The notes beneath the pieces are model-generated. The model had not been told where the DNA came from and did not search any database. It worked only from the letters and a program-made list of their open reading frames with translations. A DNA stretch of 63,883 nt, counting the filler, from Asterionella formosa (taxonomy: Eukaryota), in the NCBI GenBank assembly GCA_002256025.1. It is 12 parts of 12 records of this genome, joined end to end, with 100 filler letters (N's around TTAATTAATTAA, not from the genome) between each part and the next. Parts side by side here need not be neighbours in the genome. Positions count along the whole stretch, not along the records: positions 1 to 1,473 come from NKIB01002286.1; positions 1,574 to 25,742 come from NKIB01002287.1; 10 more parts are not named here. One strand, written 5' to 3'. Shown one piece after another: positions 1 through 13,191 of this stretch. The number at the start of each line of letters is the position of its first letter. Position 1 is the first letter of the stretch. A program made the position numbers and the translations under genes.

Positions 1-755
1 CAGAAGATGATAGTGGATGGTCATGTGGGCCATTTACAATTGTGAAAGTATTGGAAACTCTAATGCAACTAGAAAGGAATGGCAAAACCAAATTTCTTGG
101 CAACCGGGCACAATTCTGTTTGGAGACGGAGTCCTGGAAAGCTTTAAAACGTCAGGTGGTAGCAACAGATCGAACAGACGATTTGTTATCTGTTTGTTAT
201 CTGTTACATCTGACCCACCAACCAAGTCAACATACTTTCATCTTGGAACAGTTTGGCCTCAAGTGACAACAACAAACATTCGTGAGGATATGTTTCAGTA
301 GGAAATAATTGTTTGTATCGACAATATTTTGAGCTCCTATTTAGATTTAAAAATGTTGAACGAAGTATTTGGACGACTTCCTTGCAACTCTTCTTTCAAG
401 AAGGATGAAGTTGTCTACGTAAAATCCATGATACAACAAAGTAATGACAAACTTGCTCCCTTCAAATGGTATAATCATGCACCTATTGGCCGAATTTCTG
501 GATGCATCAAAATTGACAAAAAGTTGAAAGAAAATTTTGTTTCTGATGATAGCCCTTCTGGAATCAAATTGAAAAAGTTTACAGACTCATATCGAACTGC
601 AGTTGAAAAGTGGAGAAGAAAAATTTCGGACGAAACGAGCGAGAAGGACCATCTTAGATTTCTTTGGGAGTGAAAAAGAACAAATAATGCATGGACCATT
701 GGGATCATCCAATCTAATCATTCCTTAGGAAATTTTAGTTTGTGAAAACATTCTA
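1..755 (+). pseudogene. Degenerate transposon-associated ORF fragment: C-terminal part of a Ulp1/C48-like cysteine protease gene; paralog of 63106-63857
   Basis: Starts EDDSGWSCGPFTIVKVLE, which resembles the Q-x-D-x-x-x-CG-x-F catalytic Cys motif. The frame is broken by frameshifts, and the sequence is closely similar to 63106-63857. Confidence 0.5.
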
Positions 756-821
756 ATAACTTACCTAGTATGTGAAACTATAAATATTATCACTATTATT
801 TATATTATTCTTGTATATTTA

Positions 822-1473
822 TCAACGTTGTTCGCTTGCTAGTTTTTGGTCCCACCCAATTGATTTCCATAACTGACGTGGAGGCATGGCAACATAAAAA
901 TTATCATTCTGTATCTGTTCCAAAACTTCTTGCGTTTTCAGAGCTTTCCTTGATTCCTGTGGTTTCAAAGCAGGAACAACAAATGCTGCCGAAAGTAGGT
1001 TATGAAATTCATCAACGCTCAATTCAGTTGTATCATTGCATAGGGTGGTGTCTCCTCTTGCAAAAAACATACGTTTATGAATTTTCAATTCAGTTTAACT
1101 TTTCAAGGAAAGAATACAGGCTAAGAGAATGGTTGTTGTGTTGGAGAAAATAACATTTCCCCAAAGAAGTATTTTTGCCGGAACTGTGTAGGAACTTGAT
1201 TCATCTCCTTTCTCTCAGTTCACTTCAACCCATTCAAACCATTCATGACCAGAGATTCCTGCATTTGAATCATTATTCCATTTCGGATGGCATCTGAAAA
1301 CAGTAGTTTGGCCGAGAGAGTTACTTTCAATTTTAACATGATAATAAAATCAATCCTTACAATGGAAACAGGCCCAACCCCATCTTCAAGACTTTTTATT
1401 TTTGCTATTTCTATTGCTTAATTCGCAATGCTCTTTACGTAGTTGGCCCCCTTCGGTAAATCAGGATGAACCA
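822..1473 (-). mobile_element. Degenerate Plavaka-like (CMC/CACTA-related) transposase, C-terminal region
   Basis: Manual translation gives VFRCHPKWNN...HEWFEWVEVN*...VPAKILLWG...AAFVVP...MPPRQLW, resembling the FRxHP..WxDW..PA(K/R) C-terminal motif of Plavaka-type transposases. In-frame stops are present. Confidence 0.55.
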
Positions 1474-1573
1474 NNNNNNNNNNNNNNNNNNNNNNNNNNN
1501 NNNNNNNNNNNNNNNNNTTAATTAATTAANNNNNNNNNNNNNNNNNNNNNNNNNNNNNNNNNNNNNNNNNNNN
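1474..1573. other. Artificial contig linker N44-TTAATTAATTAA-N44
   Basis: The identical 100-bp block, with stops in all six frames, also occurs at 25743, 27316, 28889, 30461, 32031, 33603, 57851, 59423, 60995 and 62567. Confidence 0.98.
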
Positions 1574-2034
1574 GGTTTTTTAACTATGCTGAAAATAGTG
1601 GATTTTACCGGGCTAACTCGTTTATTTGGCCTAGTAAAAAAACCGAAGTTCCTTTCTGCAGTTTCTCGCCGAAAGTTAACTTCTGGGGCCATATGAAGAT
1701 TACCTATGTACTTAACTCTTCTTCAAACCCTGCCAACGTTGAGCTATCGTCGTCCAAAAATTCGACAATATCGGCCTTTTCAACGGTCACCCAAACGTCG
1801 GAATCAGAATCTCTAGTCGCCGAAACGTCATCATCGGAATGGTAGTCTTGTGCTAAAATTTGTAGTCGTAAAATCTCGTGTACAAAAAGTTCCAATGTAA
1901 TTGCCCGCTGTAATAATCATATTCTGATTGGTTATCCTTACATCCGTTCGATTGGCACGGTTTGCGAGGTCGTGCAATCCCACGCCGGCCACACTGGATA
2001 CACATGAAGCATTTTCTTGGGTGTTGGCCGATCC

Positions 2035-2137
2035 TACCCGTAAACCGGTATCCGTACGGAGTAGGAATATCGAGTACCGGGTAGGTTTACCCGTATACCG
2101 GAATCCGTACGGAGTAGGAATACCGAGTACCGGGTAG
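2035..2137. repeat. Two-copy ~53-bp tandem repeat
   Basis: tacccgtaaaccggtatccgtacggagtaggaatatcgagtaccgggtag is repeated at 2035 and 2088 with about 3 substitutions. Confidence 0.85.
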
Positions 2138-2450
2138 ACCTACCGGTTCCAGGTAACTGATCATCATTCGTCATAGTAAATGGTAGTGCACGCTAACCAG
2201 TACCTTAGTACCGATAGTTTGCACATTCAAATATATTTTGCAGCCGCCGGGTCGTGCATGTGAAACATATTTATGATACGAGTAGGTGTACTATCGGTAG
2301 AGTAGCAATGTAAAACATTCATCGATGAAGAATCTATCTTTACATATTTTATGCATTTGAAATGGAATCTATATACGTACGCGCAAATTTCCACTCATTT
2401 TAATTTTTCAAACGGAATCATTGATATTCAAATTAGCACATAAAAGTTCT

Positions 2451-2530
2451 TAGTTCCAGGGAATTTCGGCAACCCTATGCAATATTTTAATTTCTGCCTA
2501 GGGGTTCAAATGCAGGAACCTTAATGTGGG
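2451..2530. repeat. Dispersed repeat fragment (second copy at ~12146-12228)
   Basis: tagttcca(a/g)ggaatttcggcaa..ccta...tgccta..g..tt..aatg...gaacctt is shared by the two sites. Confidence 0.6.
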
Positions 2531-3193
2531 ATAAAGATAGGTACACTTTTAGTTTCAGCATAATTACCGCAACTTGCAAGGTATGTAGGTACCAGCTACC
2601 ATTAGGGAGTACGAGGTACATGGTTTATACCGTACCTACCTGTTACCACAACATACGTTTGGAGCTATAATAATACGTGGTACCGGTGCGCTCCGTAGAG
2701 CAACCAATACCCGGTATATTGTTATAACAAACCATCTTCAAACATTTTTTCGTCTTCTCTCTGCATGATAAGCTTCCGCTGGGCGGTCAAGGAAAATGGG
2801 CGCGCCATTTAAAAGAAAATTATCATGAGAGCCATGATATTTATATATCTTTGTACCAGGTACTCATACCGGAATATATGTACATACCGGTAGCCGATCT
2901 CAGAAAAAGTGGTTTACAATACATGGTAAAATCGTCGTCAGGGAAACTATGACAACACTACCGGTATCTTACAGTAGCAGTATTACCGGAAGTTCACATT
3001 TTTTGGTTTATGCATTCATAAAATCTGTCGGACAAAAAGATGGTTTTTTGACAAGCTAAACAATTGTTGAGCTTTTGCCTACATACATAAATTGAATTCT
3101 GGCAACTGATTCCTTGATAACTGCACTACTCCTGAGAACAAACCATAATCCATAGACCCTTCGTTGCCTGCAGGGAACACAAAAGAGGATGAA

Positions 3194-6100
3194 ATGGAGG
3201 CCTCGTCCAAGCTCGACAACGAAACAGGGAATGACCTGTCCGCCACGGACAACTCCATTGCCGTTGGCCGCATGGTAAATGTTAAAGCCCGCACGTGGCC
3301 TGGAATCAACAAGCCAGGCGGAATCGCGAAAGTCACCAAAGTTCACGTTAATGCTGACTCCTTCGCCTGCATAGATGTTAGATATACACTAGGGGGCGGA
3401 GAAACAAAGATCCCCATTGAGTACGTTGCATTGGCTCCAGAGTACGAAAGATTTCACGAGAACAAAAAGTTACGGGACCGATCCGTTATTCTAGGTCGTT
3501 GTAAACGATGCGGATCCTTACGAACAGATTGCAACTTTTGTGATTGGGCGGTGGAACCGCAAATCCACGGGGAAGGACGAGAGAAACGAAAGAGAAGGAG
3601 GAAACCTGAACCTATGCGATCGCAGCTTCGGTTTGAGCTCTCTTCTTCATCTTCAGATGAAAATATTTTGCGATTGATGCAAAAGCGACGAGGAGATTCA
3701 AAAAATCGCCTAGAGTTCGATTCCTCTTCCGGTTCGTCTGACAATTACGTGGTGGCTAAAATCATCGACCGAAATCGTCGCCGTCAACGAGGTCAAGAAC
3801 CAGAAATCAACCGAATTGCTAGTCCAGAACCGAGGCGACAAATATTTGATGGAACTTCTGCTTCAAGACAACTCCGTGGCAAGGACGATGAAATCCACCA
3901 TTCCACACCACTTGCACGTGAAACTGACGAACTAGACATCACCTCACACTCTAGTTCTGGCGGTGAATTTGTTGGGACTCAAGACTTGTCACCGTTGAAA
4001 AATTCCCAGACCATTATTCACTATAATTCAACTCCAGAAAATTCACCTACTGCTAGCACCACTTTCCCCGATTCGCCAAACCAAAATGATTTGGAAGGTT
4101 TCATTCAACCAGAAGGAGCTGCGGATCAATTACCAGAAGATATTGTCGACCTTACCTGCGGCTTGTCGCTTTTGGAGCTTCCAATATTTTTTGAGGAACA
4201 CCTCGAACGACTCCGTGATTGTATATCCGATGGACGCGTAGAATTGGCCAATCTGAAAAGACAACGGAAGGATGGAAATGATGGAATCGATTTTGAGAAG
4301 AAGAGTGCTACCTTGTTCGATGCGCTCGTTGCTCAACTTCTTCGCAACTGTCGAGACCAATGTCGAATCGCTCTTCTGAAAATGAATCGACTTTACCGAA
4401 AGGAGAAAGCGAACTTAAGTAAATCTCAGCGAAAGCAGCTGCGGATGGATGCTAGGGATTTGGCATTGGATCGTGTGTCAGAAGAAGCGGAGGATCTAGT
4501 GCGCGAGGCGCGGCAGGTTTATCACAGTTTCTTACTGAGTCGGCAAGAAAAAGAGGACGAGGATATGAGTTTCGGTGATGACGACCGTTCAAGTGAGAAT
4601 TCAGGAGTCGAAATGGTGATTAGCGATGAAATCGAAAATTTGGGGGCGACAACTGTTGTAGTGCCCGACGCGTTTGATCCTCACATGCATGCGAGAAGAG
4701 TAAAGAAAAAGGAATTGCGATATAACAGAAGACATTCCAGGCCGCAGAACTCGAATAAACGACTTGGACTGTCTCGTTACTCAAAAGAAAGAAGCGGAAA
4801 AGAATTTTCTACTGGAAATGTAATGGTCATTTCGGGTCTTCAACTGGAGCGAGCACGAAACGGCTTCCCCGACGATGAAAACACGCATCAAAAGAGAATG
4901 AAAAACTATTCATTTAAATATTCACCTCAACTAGACGATCGTCATAGCTTCACAGCTGATCTTGGGGCACAAATGTCTCGACAATACACATCAAGGGTGC
5001 CTCGAGAATCCAGGCGCAAAGACATCTCCGTCGTCAACAGAATGGAAGCTTTTCTGAAAGCCAACCCTTCCGATTTCGACGAAAGAAGTTTTCAGCTCTC
5101 AGATGACAATCCTTTTGATTTGAAAGGAAACGATCACCGATTGTCACGAGCACAAACGCACCCGTCCGAAACTAGATCCCTGAGGCGTAGACATGAGCAA
5201 CCATCGAGTATTCAATCACCTTGTCTGCTATCTCGAGAATCTTTTACGAAGTCCCTCTACCAGAATATGACGGCGTTCACTTCCGACGCCAGTACCTCGC
5301 ATGGACCAATTTCTCACTCCCAAGATACCCAATTGCTTCACTCAAAGGCAGACCCAGTAATTCTCATGCAGAAGCTCACAGAGCTCTGCAATCTTGCGGA
5401 CTCAAATACACTTCTCCGCCCGCAGACGCTTCGCGCCTTTCAGTTAGTAGTTGAGATATACCAGGTGATAGGAATCCGAACGTTGCAAGAAGTCATTGCT
5501 ACTGAACCTGAATTGCTTCCCATTCATGAAACATTGCTATTGGCGACGTTTCGATTATTGGGAACTGGCTCACAAATGGCATTGGTATTGGAAGATGGCA
5601 TTGTTTTTAAGTTGTTCACGGAGAGTAATCCTTCATCATTCATTGCATCAATTACTCTTCAGCTTCTAGACTCCTGGTATGCAGTGCTTCATCCTGTTGC
5701 TTGGGCCATGGAAAAGAAAGGAGGAGACCAATCGTCAGTCACGAACACCTTACAAGAAATTTGCAAAGGACTACGGAAAATAACTTCAGGGATATCCTTA
5801 GGAGCATTCCTCCTGCTTAACAAGTTCAGCATTCAGCAGTGGAGAAAGTCTGTCAATACCATGTGCTTTGTATCATCCGTTGACCCTCAGCAATTCAAAA
5901 AGCTGCTTCAAACAGGCATTAGTGGCGACGATTCAATGCCTTCGCGCTTATCCATTTTCGGGGAGCACGTTCCCCGTCACGAAATTGAGTTGATCTGGAC
6001 AATCCTTGGTCTCTTCGCCGGTACATCTATCCACCACAATGATTCTCAGTCCCATTGGCGATTGGCAAAACTACTCTTCACGTCTAAAACAGGTGTGCTC

Positions 6101-9100
6101 TCAGAAAAAGCAATGGAAAATCAAATGGTTGGGATATTCCCTAGCGAAGAGCATCTTCTGGCATGTGAGACTGAGCTTTGTTACTTTCGTACTCTCTTAT
6201 CTTCAAATGCTTTGGATCCGCTCCCTCAAACCGATGGATTTTTCAGAGATCTTATTCGCAGCAGTTTGATTCTTCACTCGAAAGCCAGCGCCGTGTTTCG
6301 ATCGACAACTGACGTTAACATTGACGAGCAATATTTGTTGTGGTCTCAATCTGATCCCATTAGATGCGATGCTCGAATAGGAAGTGAAGGTAGCATAATA
6401 AATCTTTTGTGCTTGGATCCCCAAATCACTATAGAGCAGATATGCCACAAACTCATCAACTCATACTCTGCCCAACTTCCATCAAAACGAGCTCGATTGT
6501 CTAGATTTTTCAAAATGATGCAATTATTGGGATCAGAATTGAGACGAATGGCTTACGAAGTCGAGAACAATCCGGTCCATGCTGTTCATGGAGACACCTT
6601 CGCAAACGCTTTTGGAGTAAACAGAATCGCCGAAAGGGACGTTTCTCCGTGTTCACTTGTACTGATCGAAAGTGCAGCGAACATGACAGTCTGCTTAACG
6701 AAGGCGATGCTCTACCAGCAAAGAAAATCAGGAATCAATATCTTCGACCCTTTCCCTTTTAACCGATCCCTTGCGGAAGAGCTGTGGGACGCTATCGCCG
6801 ATGCTGAAATGAAAGTGAGGCGGTTGGATATGGATAGACCAGAAATGGTTGCAATTCGCCCTTACATGGGAAGTTCACTAAGATTGAACTCAGCTTCGAG
6901 AATAATGTCAAATTTGGTTCTCTTCGATGGTAAGGGAATAGAGGACCAGTCACTCGAATCAGCGACAAATCTGACTACTTTCGAGGTAGACGCTCACTGT
7001 CTAGAGTTCGCTGTTTCTTGTTTTCTTGTATGTATGAATTGTGCATGTTCAAAACTTCACAACATGGGCGAACACTTTGCTCAACCATCTGAGGAAGAAG
7101 AATCTTTGGCCCTTCTTCATCGTCTTGCGTCATTGATTTCATCAATTCTTTTGCAAGTGCGTTCTCAAGTTGTTGCATCCGCTGGAGCTCAAATTCCATA
7201 CGAAATCGTAAGAAAATTAGCTGACATGTGTTTCCGCATTTCTCAATCCTGTCTCGAATCCGTTGTCAAGATTTCAATCATCCATAACCTAGGCGACACA
7301 GCCTTCAGATCCTGTCTTACAATGGTTCGCCATTGCGTGACGCTCTCAATAATCCACTTCCAGGACGGAGCTCCACCGAACGAGGTGCGAAGTCAACGTC
7401 AAACTGGGCAAAGCCCTAATATTGACTCAAGCGGGGAAGATTTTCTCGGGGACTTAGATGACTCAGCATTTCTGGATATTTGCGTTGCAGGAGACGAAAT
7501 GACAGCAAACTCAATCTATTCAGGCTCTCGCCTTTATTCAGCAACATTTAGTTTCCTAGCAAACCTGCTCGTTGCAGCAAAGGTAAGAATACTAAACGTT
7601 CTATCTTCTTGAAATACACACAACCTCACAATCTCTTTAGCCCTCTTGTCGTTTCCTATTGACGTCCATTTCAAATCTATCAACATCGGCGAGTTCAGCA
7701 GGGAAGATTCTAATCTCACGTCAGTCCGGGGCGATTTGTTCCTGTCTGGCTGCACTCTCAACTCTCTTGTCAGCGGATACAACGACGATCGATCAATTCC
7801 TTTGTTCTATCAATGCAGGAATTCACAAAGATGAGAATGACTGCTTATACTTGAAATCTGTTGAGCAATGCTTCTATTCAGAGATTTGCCGTCTTGCTGC
7901 TGCCCATCAAGCATGTGAGAAATTCATTAATCAACATAGGGAAGAAGCCCTTTGCTCGTTCTTTGCTGCGGCATTCGATTCTGCAGCCATCGAGCGCTTC
8001 CCTTCCTGTAATCTAGAAAGATTCAAGAAATTATCGGGTCAACGCGGCTACGAAAAGGAAAAGCTTCGACTTCAGCAGTCTAACCGATTGGGAGGAATGG
8101 GGCATGTTATTTGTAGGAAATCGGAGGAGGTGGACGAGGCTGGACCAATATACAATGCCAACAATATCTGGGCCTTCAGCAAACACTTGGGTACAATTTT
8201 TTGCAAATCTGAGAGCGTGGGTTGGAAGGAGATTGGCCAACTACTATCCAACGCTCAATTCATTGATGCTTCGATCTCGTTGAGTAACATCCAATGCTTG
8301 GAGAGAGAAGTTCTACTACGAATCAAATTGAGTTGTTCTTTCCTTCTTTCAACCAGCATCACTGATTACCAACAAGACGTATGGATTGACTTTGATAAGA
8401 TCAACATTGCCTTAGTTTCATACTGCAGCATGAACTTGGTGGCGATAGCTGAGGGCCTGGATTATCAAAGTAGAGCAATCAGCAGCATTGATTGCAATTT
8501 GGAGAAGCCCTTGCATACACATAAGGGGGCCAAATTGGCTACATTGCAGACTTGCTACTCTGAATTGACAATATGTGTGCTGTGTGCAACGTGCTGTCGG
8601 ATGAAAAGCCAATCTGATTTATTCCGGAACTTTGCCAATGATATTAGAAATGGCTTCCTTGGTCCTCTTTTAAGTCATGGCACGTTCGATGTTTACCAGG
8701 GCCTCCAACGGTTAGCTAACAAGTACCAGAACAATACCAGTATGTCACAAAAGAAATTCCTTACTCTTGGCAACGACTTGGTTTCCTCGTGCCTACGTCG
8801 AAGCAGAGAATATGTTTTGAGCATCTGTTTGAGCTCGAATCCTGCTGGCTCAGTCGCCCTTTTTTCGGTTTTGGGGAATACTCGGCTCGGATGTTGCGTT
8901 GACGATGCGGCAGTAATGATTGCAAATTCCTTCTTTCCGAGAAGGAGAAGGGTCGCTATTTCTGTTGACGGTAGTAGCGGCATCTTGTCGCACGATGTAG
9001 ACAAGGTGCTTAGTATGCTTGATCAACTCTGTGTCGAAACGAGCTCATTTCTACAGTTGTTGCATTTTGTAACCGGAAAAGTCATTGCTCCGAAGTTGCA

Positions 9101-9809
9101 AAGTGATGGACTAGCCCAAAAAGTCAAGACTGGAACACTGCAAGTCTTAGACCACATATTTCGCATGGCCCGTGATGACATGATGCTTGTATTTCCAGCT
9201 GACTTGCTGTGTCGCCTTGCCAAGAGCCTCTGGGTGCTGGTTAAGGACACGATTTCATCGGAAATGATGGACGAAAATCTCCTTGCCACTTCCTTAAAGT
9301 GTTCAAGCCGCCTTTTGAACCAACGCAAAATAAATGAAACCAATTCACACCATTTTCATGAAAGAACAGTGCTGTCGTGGAGTTCTGATGTATCCAAGCA
9401 GTACCGCCGAGAGGGAACGCAGTTTGATGAAACCACGGATCATGTTGTGCTTCACACATGTTTCTTTTCTGCCTTTGCTGAAGCACTGCATGCTGTCTCC
9501 ATATTTATTAAAAATTCAATAGAAGGCAGTCGCAATTTGAATGAACTTTTGAAGGCCATCATCGGAGAAGTTGTCTCGTCAGGTGATGAGATCATCACAC
9601 TTGTTGAATCATCTCGTAAACTGAATCATCTCGAGAAATTGTTGTTTTTTGACAAGGAGAATTCGAGCCCATTGATCAAGAATGTCTACATCAAACCCAA
9701 AGCTATTGTCAACCCAGTTTCGTCGTGTAAGGAATGGATTCCAAGCGCTCACCTTTGCAGATCAGCGAAGGACTTCATTGCAGTCTTTACGACACAGTGT
9801 ACAACTTAA
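3194..9809 (+). CDS. Large (~2180 aa) uncharacterised protein, two exons join(3194..7582,7641..9809); N-terminal Tudor-like motif, long helical C-terminus
   Basis: Two long ORFs are joined in frame by a 58-bp GTAAGA...TTTAG intron (phase 0). The N-terminal motif is VNVKARTWPGINKPGG...VRYTLGG. The start codon is uncertain. Confidence 0.85.
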
Positions 9810-9933
9810 TTTTATGATATTTCTTTATTTCCTAGTAGTGACGAACCTCATGAATGAAGAAGCGAATAAGGCAACTCTATGCATTGGCAAAAGCTTCTAA
9901 GCATCCACCTTGACTGTGCCTCTACCAACCTTT

Positions 9934-11331
9934 TTAGCCAGTGTAATTTCCATTCTTGTCATAGTCTGATCCATATAAGACTTCGTCCTCCATGACAAGT
10001 CGAGTTATTTGTTCATGCCGTTGTTGTCGGTAAGTTGCATTCAAGAAAAAGATTGGTTTGTTACCCACTGTTCCGGTGTACCCCCCAGAGAAGACTCCCC
10101 TTGTTTCTGGAGAACGGTGAGCTTGTATAGGGAGTTTCTTGACACAGCGAACCAGAACATCCAAGTCGTATTCTAATTGCCCCAAATGTTTCTTGAAAGC
10201 GAGGTGATCAGGATGAGCAAAGTATCTGTACTTGCTTCGAAGTACTTGCAGACTATCGAAGAAGTTATGGAAGTGATAGGCGATTCCCCAAATCTCTTCC
10301 TGCTTTCCATTATAACTCCCTGGTTTGTCGCGCCAGTGACCAGGTTCGCCACTGTCACCAGGGTTTATTCTCATGTCAGCTCCATTGTATAGTGGAAAGC
10401 GTCCACTCTTCCGGATCTCTTCGCTAAAGTCTTCAACACTTTGACCACCGTATTCTTTTGTTCGTGCCCCATACTTTCGCTTAAATGCCCTTTTAGGTAT
10501 AATGCGTTCAGTAGAATCTCCAACCCCTTCGATGCACTGGCCTGAAACCATATCTGGGTGAAACCATGGCTTATGTTTGATGCATTCTGGCGAGGACTCA
10601 AATGAAATGGTTGCAGCCACAAGTTTGGGTTTTTGGCATGTTTGACCAGGAGCAAACTGCGGAATGTCACACACTTGCGCAGCCCGAAGAAAATCTCTAG
10701 AAAACACTTCGTCGATATCCGCCATGATGCCAACATCGTGTTCGGTCATCCCTTCTTTCACCCACCTGTCCACAATGGATACACGTTGAGTACATTCCCG
10801 ATTCATTTCAAGTAGTTCTTTCTCGTCTTCTAGCCAATAGTCGACGAAAATGTTTGTGTTCTTTCCAAATAATTTCTCCTCCATCAATTTCTTCCAAGCC
10901 GGGGACCCTTCATGAAATCTCATGGTGCGAGGAGTAGCCATGTGCGTCGTGTTGCTTTCCACCAAGGCAACTACGTGGTACACATCATATGCCTCGGTCG
11001 CATGCGCCAGGAACACATCCCAGTGTTCATCGGCAATCATGGTCCCAAAAAAGAGCCTGCGGGGCGTTTTGGCCATGGCAGCATTGTAGGTGTAGCCGTA
11101 CCGCTTGCATCGGTCCGCGTCGTTGTCGCCGTCGATCTTGTCGTACTCGTCCTGAAATAACGAAGGAACTTGGTACAATGGAAGGGAGGGCTGATTTGAT
11201 GCTTCAAACTGAGCTGCACTGTTTGTTAAACGCAACAACGCCAGTCTGCCGCCCAGGCCTGCTGGTGTGTTGTCGCTGAGCCGGAATTCGAACACAAGGA
11301 ACCCAATCACCTGGATTGCTCCAAACGCCAC
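9934..11331 (-). CDS. Glycosyltransferase family 17-like (MGAT3/GnT-III-like) type II membrane protein; 5' end unresolved
   Basis: Motifs VVALVESNTTH, E..QR and DVGIMADIDEVFS (DxD) resemble GT17, and there is an N-terminal hydrophobic anchor. No in-frame ATG precedes the anchor. Confidence 0.7.
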   Translation of the reverse strand: MAFGAIQVIGFLVFEFRLSDNTPAGLGGRLALLRLTNSAAQFEASNQPSLPLYQVPSLFQDEYDKIDGDNDADRCKRYGYTYNAAMAKTPRRLFFGTMIADEHWDVFLAHATEAYDVYHVVALVESNTTHMATPRTMRFHEGSPAWKKLMEEKLFGKNTNIFVDYWLEDEKELLEMNRECTQRVSIVDRWVKEGMTEHDVGIMADIDEVFSRDFLRAAQVCDIPQFAPGQTCQKPKLVAATISFESSPECIKHKPWFHPDMVSGQCIEGVGDSTERIIPKRAFKRKYGARTKEYGGQSVEDFSEEIRKSGRFPLYNGADMRINPGDSGEPGHWRDKPGSYNGKQEEIWGIAYHFHNFFDSLQVLRSKYRYFAHPDHLAFKKHLGQLEYDLDVLVRCVKKLPIQAHRSPETRGVFSGGYTGTVGNKPIFFLNATYRQQRHEQITRLVMEDEVLYGSDYDKNGNYTG

Positions 11332-11539
11332 TAATGGCGCATTTCTTCATATACTTTAGACGATGCACATTTCAAAACAACCAAGTTATGACAAGATTTA
11401 ACACTTTCACAGTATGCGACACTCTACACTACGGCAATCTGTATGTCAAACCAACTGCCATATTAATTAATAGTCCATTGACATTTTTAAAATGACTCTT
11501 TTGTTTCATGATTACTACTGATCCAGTTGGTGACTACAT

Positions 11540-11698
11540 ACAACTAGAAATCTGCCGACAATGACCAGAAGTTGCTGACAACGACTAGAAGTCGCTGACA
11601 ACGTCTGGAAGTCGCTGACAACAATAAGAAGTTGCTGACAACGACTAGAATCTGCTGACAACGACTAGAAATTGCTGACTTCGACTAGAAGTTACTGA
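11540..11698. repeat. 20-bp minisatellite, ~8 units, consensus ACAACGACTAGAAGTTGCTG
   Basis: Tandem units are directly visible; the same family occurs at 46666-46757. Confidence 0.9.
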
Positions 11699-13191
11699 TT
11701 GGTGAATTCCATTAGTAAACCGTCTTCCAGTTGCTGAATACCATAACTAGTAGTAGTACGTGAACACGATTTCGATGATCAGAGCAAGACTTGGATCTAA
11801 TGATTGATAATTTAACATTATAGAAATTCACTTAAGAGAGTTTGGAATGGAAAGCCAGCTAGTAGGCATGGGATGAGTCATTGGGAGTGAGGAGTTGAAC
11901 CTGAATAAGTGTGCATAAAACATGCGCTACAGGGCCTTCCAGGTACCAGATGGCGAACAAGGTCACTCGTCGTATACTAGGTATACAACTAAAAGAGATT
12001 CAGTTCTTACTAAGAAGGTTGATAAGAGGGTTGAACAATGGGTAACAAATGAAACCTGAGCACTTGATGATGACAAATTTATAATTTACCATAATTATGA
12101 GACAGAAGCCCAGAAGGACTGTTAACATAATATAACATCATATGCTAGTTCCAAGGAATTTCGGCAAGCCTACCCAATTCAATTATTTTTGCCTATAGTT
12201 TTGAATGAATGAACCTTTTTGGTGAGTGAAAGGCTAACCGGATGTACGAACTATTGACAACATAGTGCGTTTGATGTTACAGTACCTGGTACTTGGTACT
12301 CCCACCCCCTTGTACAGTAAGATTAGAATTCAGCGAGGTCGACAAGGTGCAAACAAGTTTTCGGATAGTGTCTACGCCGATTGATGAATATTTTACCTAT
12401 CAAATCATGTTGAGTTTCTTCAAGTTACCAGGTACCAGGTAAACTACCGACCTGTGTTTGCAATTAATTCCCTCCTCCTGGTTAACAAATCCGAACCACA
12501 CTATGGACGATAGCACCTCTGAGGTCAATATATCTGCCGGGAAAGGGAAGCCCTCAAGACATTCATGCCTTCATGATGACAACCTACTTAAAGCTAAATA
12601 CAATTTGGTCCGCGCATTGAATTCTCGGAGTATTTATAAGTGTCGGCATGTACCGGTACCAGGTACCTGGTACCAGGGAATCAAAATGCGTACTGTAGTC
12701 ATTTAGGTTTCCTCATAGTAAAGCTTGATAAATTTCAGATAGAGCAGGTACCATGTGGAGTACTTATGCCAGGGTACCTGTTGATACCATAAAATTAGAT
12801 CACCGATATCATTCCGGTGCATCTATGTATGCATATGATGATGACTTGCATAAATGATAATTACATATGCCCCTAGCAACGAAGAAGCCAAACGGGATTT
12901 GAAAAGTGTGACCTCCTGACCAATTGAACGGTAACATGTACCTGAATAATCAAATCGTTTCTCACTTTGCTTGTTGCACACAAATCGCCAGCTTCTAGAA
13001 GGAAAGAAAGCAAGGAGTCATCAAACCGTACTTAAACCATACTCAGATTATTTCCCAGTCTCGATTCTCCCTTTCAACTTTATTGTCGACGCTGACTTCG
13101 CGACATTGTGAAAGTAACGAGGGACGACTCTTGGCTGGCTCGATACTAAAGGTCCAGCAATTCAAACGAGCCATTATTCTGATTCACGGAA

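Noticed and set aside
1518..1529. TTAATTAATTAA as a biological motif
   Set aside because: It is always centred in 44+44 N, so it is a synthetic six-frame stop linker.
11540..11698. CRISPR-like array
   Set aside because: The units are contiguous with no unique spacers, there are no cas genes, and the context is eukaryotic.
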